From: the human T2T-CHM13v2.0 reference genome, Homo sapiens
Length of the DNA: 64,000 bases
NCBI RefSeq assembly: GCF_009914755.1
Contig: NC_060935.1
Reading direction: 5' to 3' (one strand)
A model generated the notes under the pieces. It saw only the letters and a list, made by a program, of their open reading frames with translations. It was not told the origin of the DNA and did not search any database. This document shows positions 1-13,169 of the stretch, in pieces (position 1 is the stretch's first letter; each line of letters starts with the position of its first letter). The position numbers were made by a program, and so were the translations under genes.

Positions 1-840
1 CATCAAAAAGTGGGCAAAGGATATGAACAGACACTTCTCCAAAGAAGACTTTTATGCAGCCAAAAGACACATGCAAAAATGCTCATCATCACTGGCCATC
101 AGAGAAATGCAAATCAAAACCACAATGAGATACCATCTCACACCAGTTAGAATGGCAATCATTAAAAAGTCAGGAAAAAACAGGTGCTGGAGAGGATGTG
201 GAGAAATAGGAACACTTTTACACTGTTGGTGGGACTGTCAACTAGTTCAACCATTGTGGAAGTCAGTGTGGCGATTCCTCAGGGATCTAGAACTAGAAAT
301 ACCATTTGACCCAGCCATCCCATTACTAGGTATATACCCAAAGGACTATAAATCATGCTGCTATAAAGACACATGCACACGTATGTTTATTGTGGCACCA
401 TTCACAATAGCAAAGACTTGGAACCAACCCAAATGTCCAACAATGATAGACTGGATTAAGAAAATGTGGCACATATACACCATGGAATACTATGCAGCCA
501 TAAAAAATGATGAGTTCATGTCCTTTGTAGGGACATGGATGAAATTGGAAATCATCATACTCAGTAAACTATCGCAAGGACAAAACAACACCGCATGTTC
601 TTACTCATAGATGGGAATTGAACAATGAGAACACATGGACACAGGAAGGGGAACATCACACTCTGGGGACTCTTGTGGGGTGGGGGGAGTGGGGAGGGAT
701 AGCATTAGGAGATATACCTAATGCTAAATGACGAGTTAATGGGTGCAGCACACCAGCATGGCACATGCATACATATGTAACTAAACTGTACATTGTGCAC
801 ATGTACCCTAAAACTTAAAGTATAATAATAATAAAAAAAA
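1..840 (+). mobile_element. LINE-1 (L1PA2-4-like) 3' end: ORF2 C-terminus, 3' UTR, poly(A); runs off the window start
   Basis: ORF 23..610 is the L1 ORF2p C-terminal Cys-rich region ([16 protein letters not shown]...), frameshifted near the end; G-rich 3' UTR; ends AAACTTAAAGTATAATAATAATAAAAAAAA. Confidence 0.97.
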
Positions 841-1026
841 ATTAGCCAAGCATGTTGGTGCACACCTGTAGTATCAGCTACTCAGGAGGTTGAGGTGGGA
901 AGATTGTTTGAGCCTAAGAGTTCGAGGCTGCAGTGAGCCATTATCATGCCTCACTTCAGCCTGGGTGACAGGGGAAGATCTTGTCCAAAAATAATTAAAA
1001 ACAAAACAAAACAAAACAAAACAAAA
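841..1026 (+). mobile_element. AluJ-like right arm only, with (CAAAA)n tail
   Basis: ATTAGCCAAGCATGTTGGTG...GAGGCTGCAGTGAGCC...CAGCCTGGGTGACAG, then A-rich tail; no left arm in the window. Confidence 0.88.
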
Positions 1027-2984
1027 CCACTAAGCCGGTAAAATTAATTTGAAACCTATCTAGTAGTATATCTATTTTAGGAAGAAGACTATTGTCAGTC
1101 TTGATTATAGAGCTATATTTTTGTAACCTATGCAAAATTGACCTTTACCAATCAATGTTGTTATAAGAATTACTAAGAGATCTCAAAAAACCTAGACTAT
1201 CTTTCTCATTCTTTCTGGTATTATTTAATGTTTTTCTATTGGATCCATAATGTTATAATCAAATTATATTATAATAAAGTCAGTCAGATGTTGTCTGATA
1301 TGTATAAAGTATATCTGTGAAGTAAAGCCAAGATACAACTCTAACCAAGAAATATCCTCAACCAACGATTTTCTCATGAATAATACAAGGCAAATATTCT
1401 CAGCTTTGTGCCCTTCTTTACTGATAGCTTTAGCATGGCACGTGGATTTATATTACATAAATGCATAGGGACTGGTCAAGACCCATAACAAAATGCTAGG
1501 AAGTCTAGAAAACTTCCTCTTATAATTAAATTTCACATTTGAAAAAAAAATGAGACACCCCCAAAAAGTTAACTTCCATTCCACTGTTACATTTTACATT
1601 GAGAAAATGAGACCTCCACTCCCACAAAAGTTAACTGGTCATTCTCCATTTTTTTTTTGTTTGTTTGCCACCAAACTAATTAATAACAGAGAAAGGACTG
1701 TGCCATTATAGGTCATTAATTTATTTATTAAATAACTTTCCAATGAAACAGGTGAAGGCAAGGTTTTGAGAAAATGGTGCATATGTTTTAACAGGGGAGG
1801 TAAATAATTTTATTATGTAAATCTAGCCATTATCTTACAAATACCATTTCAGAAGAGGGATGCAACTATCTTCCCATGATAAATGAAGAGAAAATTTCAA
1901 TGGAAATAAATACCCCAACCAAATGTTCTCCAACCCACTAATCCCATACCTATGCTTTCTATTGGCTGCACTCAACCAGAAACTAGGTGACAAATGAGTT
2001 AACTGAAGCAGTCCCTGAGGATAATTCCTCTGGAATAGCCCCTCCTGGGGTATGCAGCATGGAGAGGAAGCAGGGAATATGGAAGGCAAAGATCAAAACT
2101 AGGCATATCCAACAAAAGATCATACTAGAGCTGATGAGGTTGTGATATTGTCTTATTTCTTACACAAATGTATTTATATTCTTCAATTTATCCTTGAATT
2201 TCATGCTTAAGGTGGTACTACTACTTTTCTACAAGCCAGTTTGTTTCCTCTTAAAAAATAAATATATACTTTTGCATAAAATAGAACCTTATAGAATTCC
2301 AGGGGAAGACCATTGCAGTTAGAAAAAGGAATTCTTACTAGCTCTCTTTCCTTCTTCTGCCAATAAGATGGTGGGAACATAGCTTTAACAAAATATTGCT
2401 AAATGAAGAGTACAGTTTTGAAAACCTTACCATGGATTTGGAAAGAAAGTGAGCTAGTGGTTAACATTTGGCACATATTCTGAACAATTGTGTCAAAACT
2501 GGAATGAGTAGAATGAAAACAGCATCTGCTGCTGCTGATTTGCTTTTCCCCAGAGACTGGGCAACATTTGAACCTGTGATGAAAAGACAACAGGTGTGTC
2601 ACACAGGATAAATCCCCCAAGCTCTCTGTTAGCCTTTAGGAAAACTGCCAGCAAAAATAATAAAGAGAACCATGTACGAACTATAGGCATACGTTGTAAA
2701 AAAAGTATTCACTCTGTTGACAATGGGCTACCACCTGGATAATTAAGAATGGGTTGAAAGTCAGGAAGGACAAGATGTTTTAGTTCTGAGCTCAAGTTGC
2801 AAAGCACTAAAATAAAATGTATTCCCATGTGGGACTAAAGACTGAAAGACCAAGATGGTAGGAAAAAGAGAAGTGAACTTCCTCACATGCAAACCACCAC
2901 AGACTTAGACATTAGTGCACTCTTTCCTGTGTAATCTTATGCAGAACTGGAAAACACACCACCATTGCCTTGGCATTTTTCTTT

Positions 2985-5900
2985 GTTTATTTCAGCTTTT
3001 ATTTTAGGTTCAAGGGGTACATGTGCAAGTTTGTTGCATGAGTACATTGCATGATGCTGAAGTTTGGGGTATGGATGATCTCATCATCCAGTTGGCGTGG
3101 GTAGTACCCAATAGGTCGTTTTTCAAAACTTGCACTCTCTCTCCCTCTGCCCTCTAATGGTCTGCAGTGTCTGTTATTCCCATCTTTGTGTCCATGTGTA
3201 CTAAACGTTTAGCTCTAACTTACAAGTGAGAACATGTGGTATTTGGTTTTCTATTCCTGCATTAATTTGCTTAGGATTATGGCCTCCAGCTACATCCCTG
3301 CTGCTACAAAGGACATAATTTCATTATTTTTATGGCTGTGAAGTATTCCATGGTTTATATGTACCACATTTTCTTTATCCAGTCCACCATTAATATGCAT
3401 CTATGTTGATTCCATGTCTTTACTATTGGGAATAGTACTGTAATTGAGTGCAGTTGTCTTCATGGTAGAACGATTTATTTTTCTTCAGGTATATGCCCAG
3501 TAATGGCATTGCTGGGTTGAATGGTGGTTCTGTTTTCAGTTCTTTTGAGAAATCTCCAAAATGCTTTCCACAGTGGCTAATTTACATTCCACCAAAGATA
3601 TATAAGTGTTTCCTTTTCTCCCCAACCTCAACATCTGTTATTTTTTTAGTGGGAGGTGGTGTCTAATTGTGGTTTTGATTTGCATTTCTCTAATGATTAG
3701 TGATTTTGAGCATGTTTTCATATGTCTGCTGGCCATATGTATCTCCTCTTTTCAGAAATGTCTGTTTATGTCCTTTGGCCCCTTTTAAATGAGGTCAGCT
3801 TTTTTGTTTGTTATGTTTGTTTGTTTTTTGCTTCTTGAATTAAGTTCATTATATTAAATTGATTCTGGATATTAGATTTTTGTTGGATGCATAGTTTGTG
3901 AATATTTTCCCCCATTCTGTAGGTTGTCTTATTACATTGTTGATAGTTTATTTAGTTGTGCACAAACGAGCTCTTAAGTTTAATTAGGTTTCACTTTTAT
4001 TTCAGGTGTTTGTTATGATTGCTTTTGAGGACTTAGTCATAAATTCTTGGTAAGGCTGATGTCCAGAAGGTATTTTCTAGATTCTCCTCTAGTACTTTTA
4101 TAGTTTTAGGTGTTACATTTAAATTTTTAATCCATCTTGAGTTAATTTTTTGTATATGGTAAAAGCTAGAGGTCCCATTTCATTCTTCTGCATGTGGATA
4201 GCCAGTTATCCCAGTACCATTTATTGAATAGGGAGTCTTTTCCCCATGCCTGTTTTTGTTGAATTTGTCAAAGATCAGATGGTTGTAGGTGTGTGGCTTT
4301 ATTTCTGGGTTCTCTATCCTATTCTGTTGGTCTATGGGTCTGTTTTTGTACTAATACTATGCTGTTCTAGTTACTGTAGCCTTGTAGTATAGTTTGAAGT
4401 TGCGTAGTGTGATACTTACAGCTTTGTTCTTTTTGCATAGGGTTGCTTTGGTTATTCAGGCTCTTCTTTGGTTCCATATGAATTTCAAAATAGTAGTTTC
4501 TAATTCTGTGAAAAATGGCATTGGGGATTTGATAGAAATAGCATTGAATCTATAGATTGCTTTGGGCAGTATGGCCATTTTAATAATATTGATTCTTCCA
4601 ATCCAGGAGCATAAAATATTGTTCCATTTGTTTGTGTCATCTATGCTTTCTTAGCAGTATTTTGTAGTTGTCATTGCAGACATCTTTCTCCTTGTTGGTT
4701 AGACATGTTCCTAGGTGTTGTCTTTTGTGGGGGCTATTGAAAATGAGATGGTGTACTTGATTTGGCTCTCAGCTTAAACATTATTGGTGAATAGAAATGC
4801 TACTGATATTTGCATATTGATTTTGTATCCTGAAACTTTACTGACATTGTTTATCTGTTCCAGGAGCCTTTTAGCAGAGTCTTTAGGTTCTTCTAGGTAT
4901 AGAATTATATCATCAGTAAAGAGAGATAATTTGGCTTCTTTTACTTTTTGGATGCTTTTTGTCTCCTTATTTTGCCTGATTGTTTGCTCTAAGACTTCCA
5001 GTACTATGTTGAACAGCATGAATGAGAGTGGCACACTTCTCTTGTTCCAGTTATCAAGGGGAATGTTTTCAGCTTTTGCCTATTCAGTATGATGTTGGCT
5101 GTGAGTTTGTCATAGATGGCACTTATTGTTTTTAGGTGTTTCCTCAATGCCTAGCTTGTTGACTTTTTTTTGTCATAAAGGGATGTTGAATTTTATTGAA
5201 AGCTTTTTCTGTGTCTATTGAAATTATTATATGGTTTTGTTTTAATTCTGTTTTTGTGGTGAATCACATATATTGATTTCCATGTGCTGAACCAACTTGG
5301 CATCTCAGGAATAAAGCCTGCTTGATCATGGTGAGTTTTTTATGTGGTACTGCATTCAGTTTGCAGGTATTTTGTTGAGGATTTTTGTATTTATGTTATC
5401 AGGCATATTGGTCTGTAGTTTTCTTTTCTTGTTGTGTCTTTGCTACATTGATGCTGGCTTTATATAATGAGTTAAAGAGGATTATCTCCTCATCGAGCAT
5501 TTGAAATATTTTCAGTGGATTGCTGCCAACTCTTCTTTGTATGTCTAGTAGAATTCGGCTGTGAATCCATCTGTTTTAGGGCTCTTTTTGGTTGGTAATT
5601 TTTGTTTGTTTGTTTGTTTGTTTAATCAAACTCAATTTTGGTCTGTTCAGGGTTTCAATTTCTTCCTGATTCAGTCTTAGGAAGTTGTGCATTTCTAGGC
5701 ATTTATCCATTTCTTCTATATCTTCTAGTTTGTGTGCATAAAGTTATTCTTAATAATCTCTGAGGATATTTTGTATTTCTATGGGATCAGGTGTAATGTC
5801 TCATTTATCATTTTTGATTGCATTTACATGATTCTTCCCTTTTTTGTTGTTAATCTACCTGGTAGTCTATAGTTGTTGTTTATCCTTTCAAAGAACAAGG

Positions 5901-8900
5901 TTTTGGTTCATTGATGCTTTGTATGGAGTCATGGGTCTCAGCTTTATTCAGTTCTGATTTTAATTTAGTTATTTCTTCTATTAGCTTTGGGGTTAGTTCT
6001 CATTTTTCTAGTTCCACTAGGGGTGATGGGGTGATGTTAGATTATTTTGAGATCTTTCTAACTTCTTGACGTAGATGTTTAGGACTATCAGTGTTCCTCT
6101 AACACAGCTTTTGCTGCATCCCAGAGATTTTGATATGTTGTGTTTCTGTTTTCCTTTATTTCAAAAAAAACTATTTCTGCCTTAATTTTGTTCTTCACCC
6201 CAAAGTCTTTCAGGAGGAAGTTGTCTAATTTCTGTGTATTTATATGTTTTGAGAGATCTTGGTATTGATTTTGATTTTCATTCTACTGTGGTCCAAAATT
6301 ATGGTTGATATGATTTTGATTTTTTTGAATTTTATAGAGACTTGCCTTATGATTAGAGCATATGATCCATCATACAGTGTGTCCTGTGTACAGATGAGAA
6401 GAATGCATATTCTGTGGTTGATGAATGGAGTGTTCTGTAGATGTCTATTAGGTCCAATTGGTCAAGTGTCAAGTTTAAGTCCAGAATTTCTTTGTTGTCT
6501 GTTTCAGTGATCTAATTCTGTCAGTGAGGTGTTGAAGTTTACTGCTATTATTTTGTGACTGTCTAAGCCTTTTCATGGATCTAGAAGTACTACTTTTATA
6601 AATCTCAGTGCTTCAATATTGAGTGTGTATATATTTAGGATAATTAAGTCTTCTTGTGGTATTGAATCCTTTACCATTGTGTAGTGCCTTTTTTTGTCCT
6701 TTTTTCCATTGTGGGTTTAAAGTCTGTTTTATCTAATATAATAGCAAGCCCTGCCCTTTTTATTTTTCTGTTTGTGTGATAGGTCTTTCTCCAACTCCTT
6801 ACTTTGAGCTATGGATGGTGGTATTTGTGAGATGGGTCTCTTAAAGACAGCAGATGGATGGATCTTTTTTTTTTTTTTTAATCTGTGCTTGACCATCTGT
6901 GCCTTTTAAGTGGGGCACTAAAACTGTTTACATTCCGAGTTAATATTGATATGTGAAATGTTGGTCCTATGATGTTGTTAGCTGGTCATTCTGCAGTTTC
7001 TGTTGTATAGTTGCTTTACAGGATCTGAGGGCTATGTATTTAAGTGTGATTTTATGGTAACACATATTGTTCTTCCATTTCCATGTTTAAAACTCTCTTA
7101 AAGATCTCTTATAAGGCTAGTCTAGTGATAATGAATTCTTTTAGCAATTGCTTGTCTGAAAAGGATTTTATTTCTTTTTTACTTATGAAACTTAGTTTGG
7201 CGGGATATGAAATTATTGGCTGGAATTTCTTTTCTTTGAGAATGCTGAAAATAAGTCCTCAGTCTCTTCTGGCTTGTAAGGTTTCTGCTGAGAAGGCAAT
7301 GGTTAGTCTGACGAGGTTCCCTTTGTCTACCTCTCTAGCAAGATTAGAAACATTTTTCCTGAACTATTGTTGTGTACAATTTCTCCTTCTTTCTCAGGAA
7401 TTCCAATAATTTATAGGTTTGCTGGCTTTACATAATCCCGTATTTCTTGGTGATTTAGTTCATTTGTTAAGTTATTTTTCCTGAATTTAGTCTGACTGGG
7501 TCAATTTAAAAGACCAGTAATTAAAGATCTGAAATTCTTTCTTCTCCACAGTCCAGCCTATTAATAAAAAGTTCAATGTGTTTTGAAATTCCTTAAGTGA
7601 GTTGTCTATATCCAGTAGCTCTAATTCATTTCTTTTAAAGATGTTTATCTCTTCCTTTATTTTCTGGATTGCTTTAGAAATATCTTTGTGTTGATTTTCA
7701 GCCTTGTCTTGAATCTCATTGAGCTTCTTTGCAATCCGTGCTTTGAACTCTTGTTCTGTCTTTATGAGTTTCCATTTTTTGTTAGGGACCACTGCTGAAG
7801 ATCTAGAATGGTCCTTTGATGGTGTCATAACAATCAGATATTTTATGGTGCCAGAATTCTTATGCTGGTTGCTTATCACCTGAAGAGGAGTGTATTGGGT
7901 AGAGTCTTTTGATTTTACTTCTATAGCCCTATGTACTTTCTGTTGGCAGGTTTTATATTGGGCTGTGCACTTCAACCTACAGGCCAGTAGATGAAGCTTG
8001 TGAGTAAGAGCTAGCTGTGACACTAGCAGATGGGTATGTACCTCAGCTTTGTTTACTGTGAGTCATTTTCTGTTGCTTCAGGTGAAGGGCTGGACAGTGG
8101 AGTGCCTAGTGCCCTGAGCTTCCTGTTCTGTGGGGTTGGGAAGACACCACTGGGCAAATCTGAAGCTCCTGTCTTGCCCATGAATGCCCTGATGTCAAGT
8201 ACAGGAGCCAGTCCTGATGAGGATGGCTAGGAGAAGCTTCTGGTGAAGTGTGCTAAGGTCTCTGCAGGAAGGTCAGGTGGCTGCAGTAGCTCCCTGTCCT
8301 AGATAGGCAGGAGTCTGCTCTGTTTCTCTATCAAACCCCTGTTCCAGGGCTTGTGACTCCCAGTTCAGACGCACACTGTAGTCTATCTCCAAACTACAGT
8401 GTGGCTGAGAACCACAGGAAACACCTGTTTGGTGATTCTGTGGGAATAGATTCAGGGCATAACTTCATCATGTTACATGATACAGATTGCTTTATGGTCC
8501 ACCTATTCTCCAATGCGATAGCACTGCTGCTTCTTGTAAAGGAGCAGGCTCTATCTTTGGGCACGTTGAGTGGGTGTTAGTTGTGGTGGTATTGGCTGGT
8601 TGGGTCAGTCTGACTTCAGGGTCAGTCTGACTTCAGGCACTGGGGAAAGGGGTCAGGTGCCAGTAGAGTTGCAATGGGGTAAGTGGTTTCCCAGTTTTCA
8701 GGCCCCTAGTTGGCCTACTGGACAGTGTGTATGAGTCCTGAAGGGCTGGACTGGAGTCAGGCTACCCCAGAGTTTCAGTGCTGGCTGTGATGTGGAAGGG
8801 TGGACTGATCTCTGGGTCATCAGCTGAACTTTCAGGCTGAGGTAAGGTGGAATGCATAGGTGGTGAGAGCCTGAGAATATCACAGGCAGGTGGGGATTGA

Positions 8901-8950
8901 GTTTTCAGAAGAGCTCTGGACTGCAGGTGAAACATTCAGACAGGGGCAGG
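2985..8950 (-). mobile_element. Old, near full-length degenerate LINE-1 (L1PA15/16-L1PB-like)
   Basis: T-rich tail and 3' UTR (GGGGTACATGTGCAAGTTTGTT) at ~2990; RT remnant ORF 4774..5034 (LFNIVLEVL...[13 protein letters not shown]); ORF1 coiled-coil remnant 7487..8023; more GC-rich 5' UTR-like segment to ~8950; many stops. Confidence 0.92.
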
Positions 8951-9884
8951 GCATTCCTTGACTTTCTTTCTGATGATTTTCATGCATTTTGTCAGCTTTA
9001 TGGCAATGCTTACTAAACTATGCATCATCTTCACAATGCCTGCTCTCCTTATTTCAGTGTTACATCCCTAATACCAGCATGCCTAAGTACTGTTCTAAAC
9101 CAAATCAATCCCTCTCCATCATAGTTTGTTAACTTATACTATGCCAATTGTTAAGAATGGCTCAAATATCTCTTATATTTATAGTGAACAAAGTTATTCT
9201 GAAGTCTAAAATCATAAGAAATACATTGCTACTTTTATCATTCTAGGCAGCCAGGGAGTAACTGACTGTTAGAAGAACTTATATTTTGTACATCTTGGAC
9301 AACTGTGCTTCTTGATGATACTATTTTTGATATTTCTTTTATTAGTCCTGTCTTAAGGCAATGTGGATAATCAACAAGAATGCTGTTCCTGATTTCTGAT
9401 TTTTTTATGCTGAACTCGTGCCAGCAAAATTTGACTTGTTATATACTTACCCATATTTACCCATTAACTGTAATGTCTTCTCAAAAATTATGTGAAATGG
9501 TTTTGTTCCCTTAGTAGATGTGAAGGATTAAGATGACACTGTAAAGCCAGCATACCCTCTCAACCTCCCAGCATTTGAGTGAAATAAAAGAGCATTAAAT
9601 CCAAGTCAGATTGAAAGCCAATGGACATAAATGTTCCCCATTGTAATCTTTACATATTGCTAAAAATTAGAAATGGAATAGTGAGATGTGAGGTGCAAAG
9701 TTTTTAAGTGAAAATACTTAGATGAATTCGCCATCTTATCCCACTCAGCCAGCCAAGAGTGAGGGTACTTTTAGATGTTTATACATTTGTTTGCTCATTT
9801 GTTTATTTATTTGTTCATTTTAAAATATGCTAGATATTTGGATACACAGACACAATAAACTTCTCTCAAGAAACTTGTAGTAAT

Positions 9885-10290
9885 TTAGACTCGTGGTTCC
9901 AGACTTGAGTTCAAATCCAAACTCTATCATCTAAATTTATGAGCATTTGGGCAAACAATGGCCTCTGTGGATGGTTCCTTTATATGGAAGATCACATTAG
10001 ATCGTCTTAATAAAGTTCCTAGCAGTGGTATCTGGCACATTTTGGGCTTTGTTAATGAGAATTATGATTTTGTGGTAAAGCATATAAAATCTGAAATCAG
10101 GTCGTCTCTACCCCTTGTTCTTTAACAAGACAGTTTTCTGCTTTGCGTCTCCAGTTTTTTTCTGTATAAAATGAGGATGATAGTAGTACCAATCCCACGG
10201 GAAAGTTATGATTACTGAATGAGTTAATATATGCAAAAGACTTAAATGGTGCTTGGCTTGTAACTAATGCTGGTTGAGTGTTTTCTATCT
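9885..10290 (+). mobile_element. Two MIR SINE relics
   Basis: GAGTTCAAATCC B-box-like motif; core TCTGTATAAAATGAGGATGATAGTAGTACC...AATGAGTTAATATATG. Confidence 0.65.
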
Positions 10291-10329
10291 CTTTTAAAAA
10301 TAAGAATAGTTAAAAATAACAATTCTCAT

Positions 10330-10860
10330 TATTGTTATTACATATGATCTGTATACAAATGACTATAACGCAAAACAGAAAATAGTGATTCAATTAGAGA
10401 TCTATAAATAATTATAAGACTTTTTAAAGTAATATTTTAGGCTGAGAGGTGGTAAAAAATTTCCAGGAACTATGATAGTATTAGGCATGCTAAGTTGAGA
10501 GGTCAAGAGAAAATCCTATGGATAAATAAAAGAATGTAAGCAAAATGATGTGTAAACTGTGGATAGTTCCATTGCTATACATGGGAAGATATTATGAGTG
10601 AGTGGTTACAAACATAGGTTAAAGCAGATCATGAAAGAACTTGAATGCAAGCCATAGGCTATCAATTAATTTTCTCAGTAATGGGAAATCTCTGAGGGCC
10701 TGTGGCAAGACCTATCTTGTAGAATAATTTGTAGAGCAAAGAAACAAGAAATAGAAACGCCAGATAGGAGATTTCTGCATAGCTCAAGCTAAATGTACAG
10801 GAGAACTTCACTAGGTTAGTAGCAAAGAGAGATGGAATGAATGTATGTGTTGAAGTGAAT
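10330..10860 (+). mobile_element. Probable L2 relic
   Basis: Purine-rich degenerate L2-like phrases (GCAGATCATGAAAGAACTTGAATGC, CAGTAATGGGAAATCTCTGAGGG). Confidence 0.4.
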
Positions 10861-10997
10861 TCCCAAACAAAACAGTTTGAGTAAGGGTTAGATTGGATTT
10901 TTTAAATGAATACAGCACAAATCAAAATTGGACTTCTCTCATGTCTTCCCTTCTCCACTACCACTTTCCCTTTTTGAGAAAGAGATATAGCTTCTAT

Positions 10998-11346
10998 CTG
11001 AGGCATTTGAAAACTTAGATGCTTACGCAAAACAGGCAGGTAACCTGGATAAATAAGGAGTGCCTGCCAGAACGAGGCTATGGAGAACTTAGGGTCTCAT
11101 GACCCATCTCAACTGTGAGGTAGTCTTGGGGCTCCAGGCAACTATTGCTATGGAGAAACATTGCCCAGCACTGCCAGTTATTCTGAGTTTTCCAAGAGAA
11201 CTAGGAAATCTGGATCTTCAAAATGTGAAAACTACCAATTTTTACATGTTGGCAACTACTTTGAAATTTTTAAAAAGCCTCTCTAGGCCAAACAAAACAT
11301 GCCTGTGGCCAAATGTAGCATGTGGGTCACCAGTTTGCAAAATCTG
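10998..11346 (+). mobile_element. MER102-like hAT-Charlie DNA transposon
   Basis: Matches recalled consensus phrases CAAGAGAACTAGGAAATCTGGAT, ATGTTGGCAACT, GGCCAAACAAAACATGCCTGTGG...CCAGTTTGCAA. Confidence 0.75.
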
Positions 11347-13169
11347 TCTAACTCTTGTTATCTGGCAAGGTAATGAAGCATTCTGGTTAGTCAACACTCT
11401 GACTGAGTTTCCACATACGTTATATAAGGCTTTTGAGCCTTCCAAGAATCGGGATACATCAGCTACGCTGAACATGAAAGTTCTACTTAACATTTACCAA
11501 ACTTTCCCCTGTTGATTCAAACACTTATTCACTCAGCAAATAATTATTATTTGGCTATGTTTCATACACAATGATAATAATTTAGAAATATATAAATATG
11601 AATGAGATAACCCTGACCTTAAGTAGCTCAGTTTGATGAGGGTATAAACACAGGTCACAGATACTGATAGTACAATCAGTTTGACAACTCAGAATCATTT
11701 AATATCGCAATATCATCAATAGTCATGTAAAAATATGGAGAATGGCATAGTGTTTTCCAACTGATAGATATTCCAGAAGTTCTGTCTAGAACTCTAACTT
11801 TCAATACTTAACATTTTCTCAGAAAGACCATTTCAGACTCTCAAGCAAGCTTCTGTACTAGCTCCTGTCTTTTTTCAAAATGCTTTTTCTTAAGATACCT
11901 CTTTCAAAAATTAGGGAATGGAATCAGTCTTCCAAAGATAAATAATCCCATTCTAAGATTCCTGGGCTCGTGATTTAAATTCCATAGGTCAGAAGTAGGA
12001 AGAGGAATCACTCTGGACGGTTTATGGGGAACACTCTATTTCCATTTAATTCATATCAACAATTTCCCTCCTAAAGCAACCCCTCCTTGCTACACTGAAG
12101 AACAAGGAACACAGTGTATTCCCCTGCTGAGGTTAATATTGTTCAGCAACTTGAGAGAAACTTCTAAAGAAGTAACCATTAAAATAAGTACAGTATTATT
12201 CTGTCTCCTCTAGCATACGATTTCTTTGGCTACATGATGATTTTTTAAAAATATATCAAATTAGTGGCTTAAATGCATTTCTTCTTCAGGTAGTAGAAGG
12301 GAAGGGAAGACATACATTTAAATATTGAATTTTAGACAAATATTTGGGGAAAAGCTATAATCATTTCCCTGTTACTACAAACTCAGTGACTCTCACATTC
12401 CCCTCAACTACCATCATTTGGTGTCACTAAAAGGCTGTCCCAAAAGGTCACATTCCAAAAAGAAATCATTACTTTGTTTTTATAATTGATATATCCAAAG
12501 ATATGGGCAGAGCTATTACAAAGGAATTTATAGGTCAAAAAAAAAAATAAGACTTAAAAGTGTAAAATACTTGGTTCCACAGTATATGAAATAACTATTT
12601 TTCTCATTAGGTGCAGTAGTATACATAACATCATGTACTTTGAGTAGCACAGAGAATAAGAACTGAATGATACAAGATTAATTACTACACTATTGTCATC
12701 TCTAGCTAATAACAACATAGAGATTAACCTTGCTGTTAAAGTCTCTCTGGATGTATTTGTTTGCCAGTGGCGTAATTAGGGAGGCATGCAAGTAGAAAAA
12801 AAGCACACAAAATAAAGTTTGTGTCTTGGGAGGAACAGAATTTGTTTATTACTTTGTCACTGCAGGCAACAGGGTGTGAAACCAGCAAGAAATCAAGCCA
12901 GTTCTTGACGTCAGTTATTCCTAATTTGGAGCAATTGAGTGCATCTTTGACTTATGTGCCAGGGCTGATCATTGATTAAGCTGCAGGGGTGTTTCCTATG
13001 GTGTTCCTTTGGCCTTATTACTGTGACTAGCAATGCGTTATCAAGTTGCTTTTTGTTTTGTTATTTTCCTTCTCCAGAAGACCCTGAATTAAAATATTAC
13101 TGAAGTTAGTTACAAGTAAACTTAGTAATTTCCTAAGTATTAAGTACATATTTTCTCTTGATTTTGATC

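Noticed and set aside
11099-11515. 138-aa ORF
   Set aside because: Overlaps a MER102-like element; no recognisable domain or exon structure.
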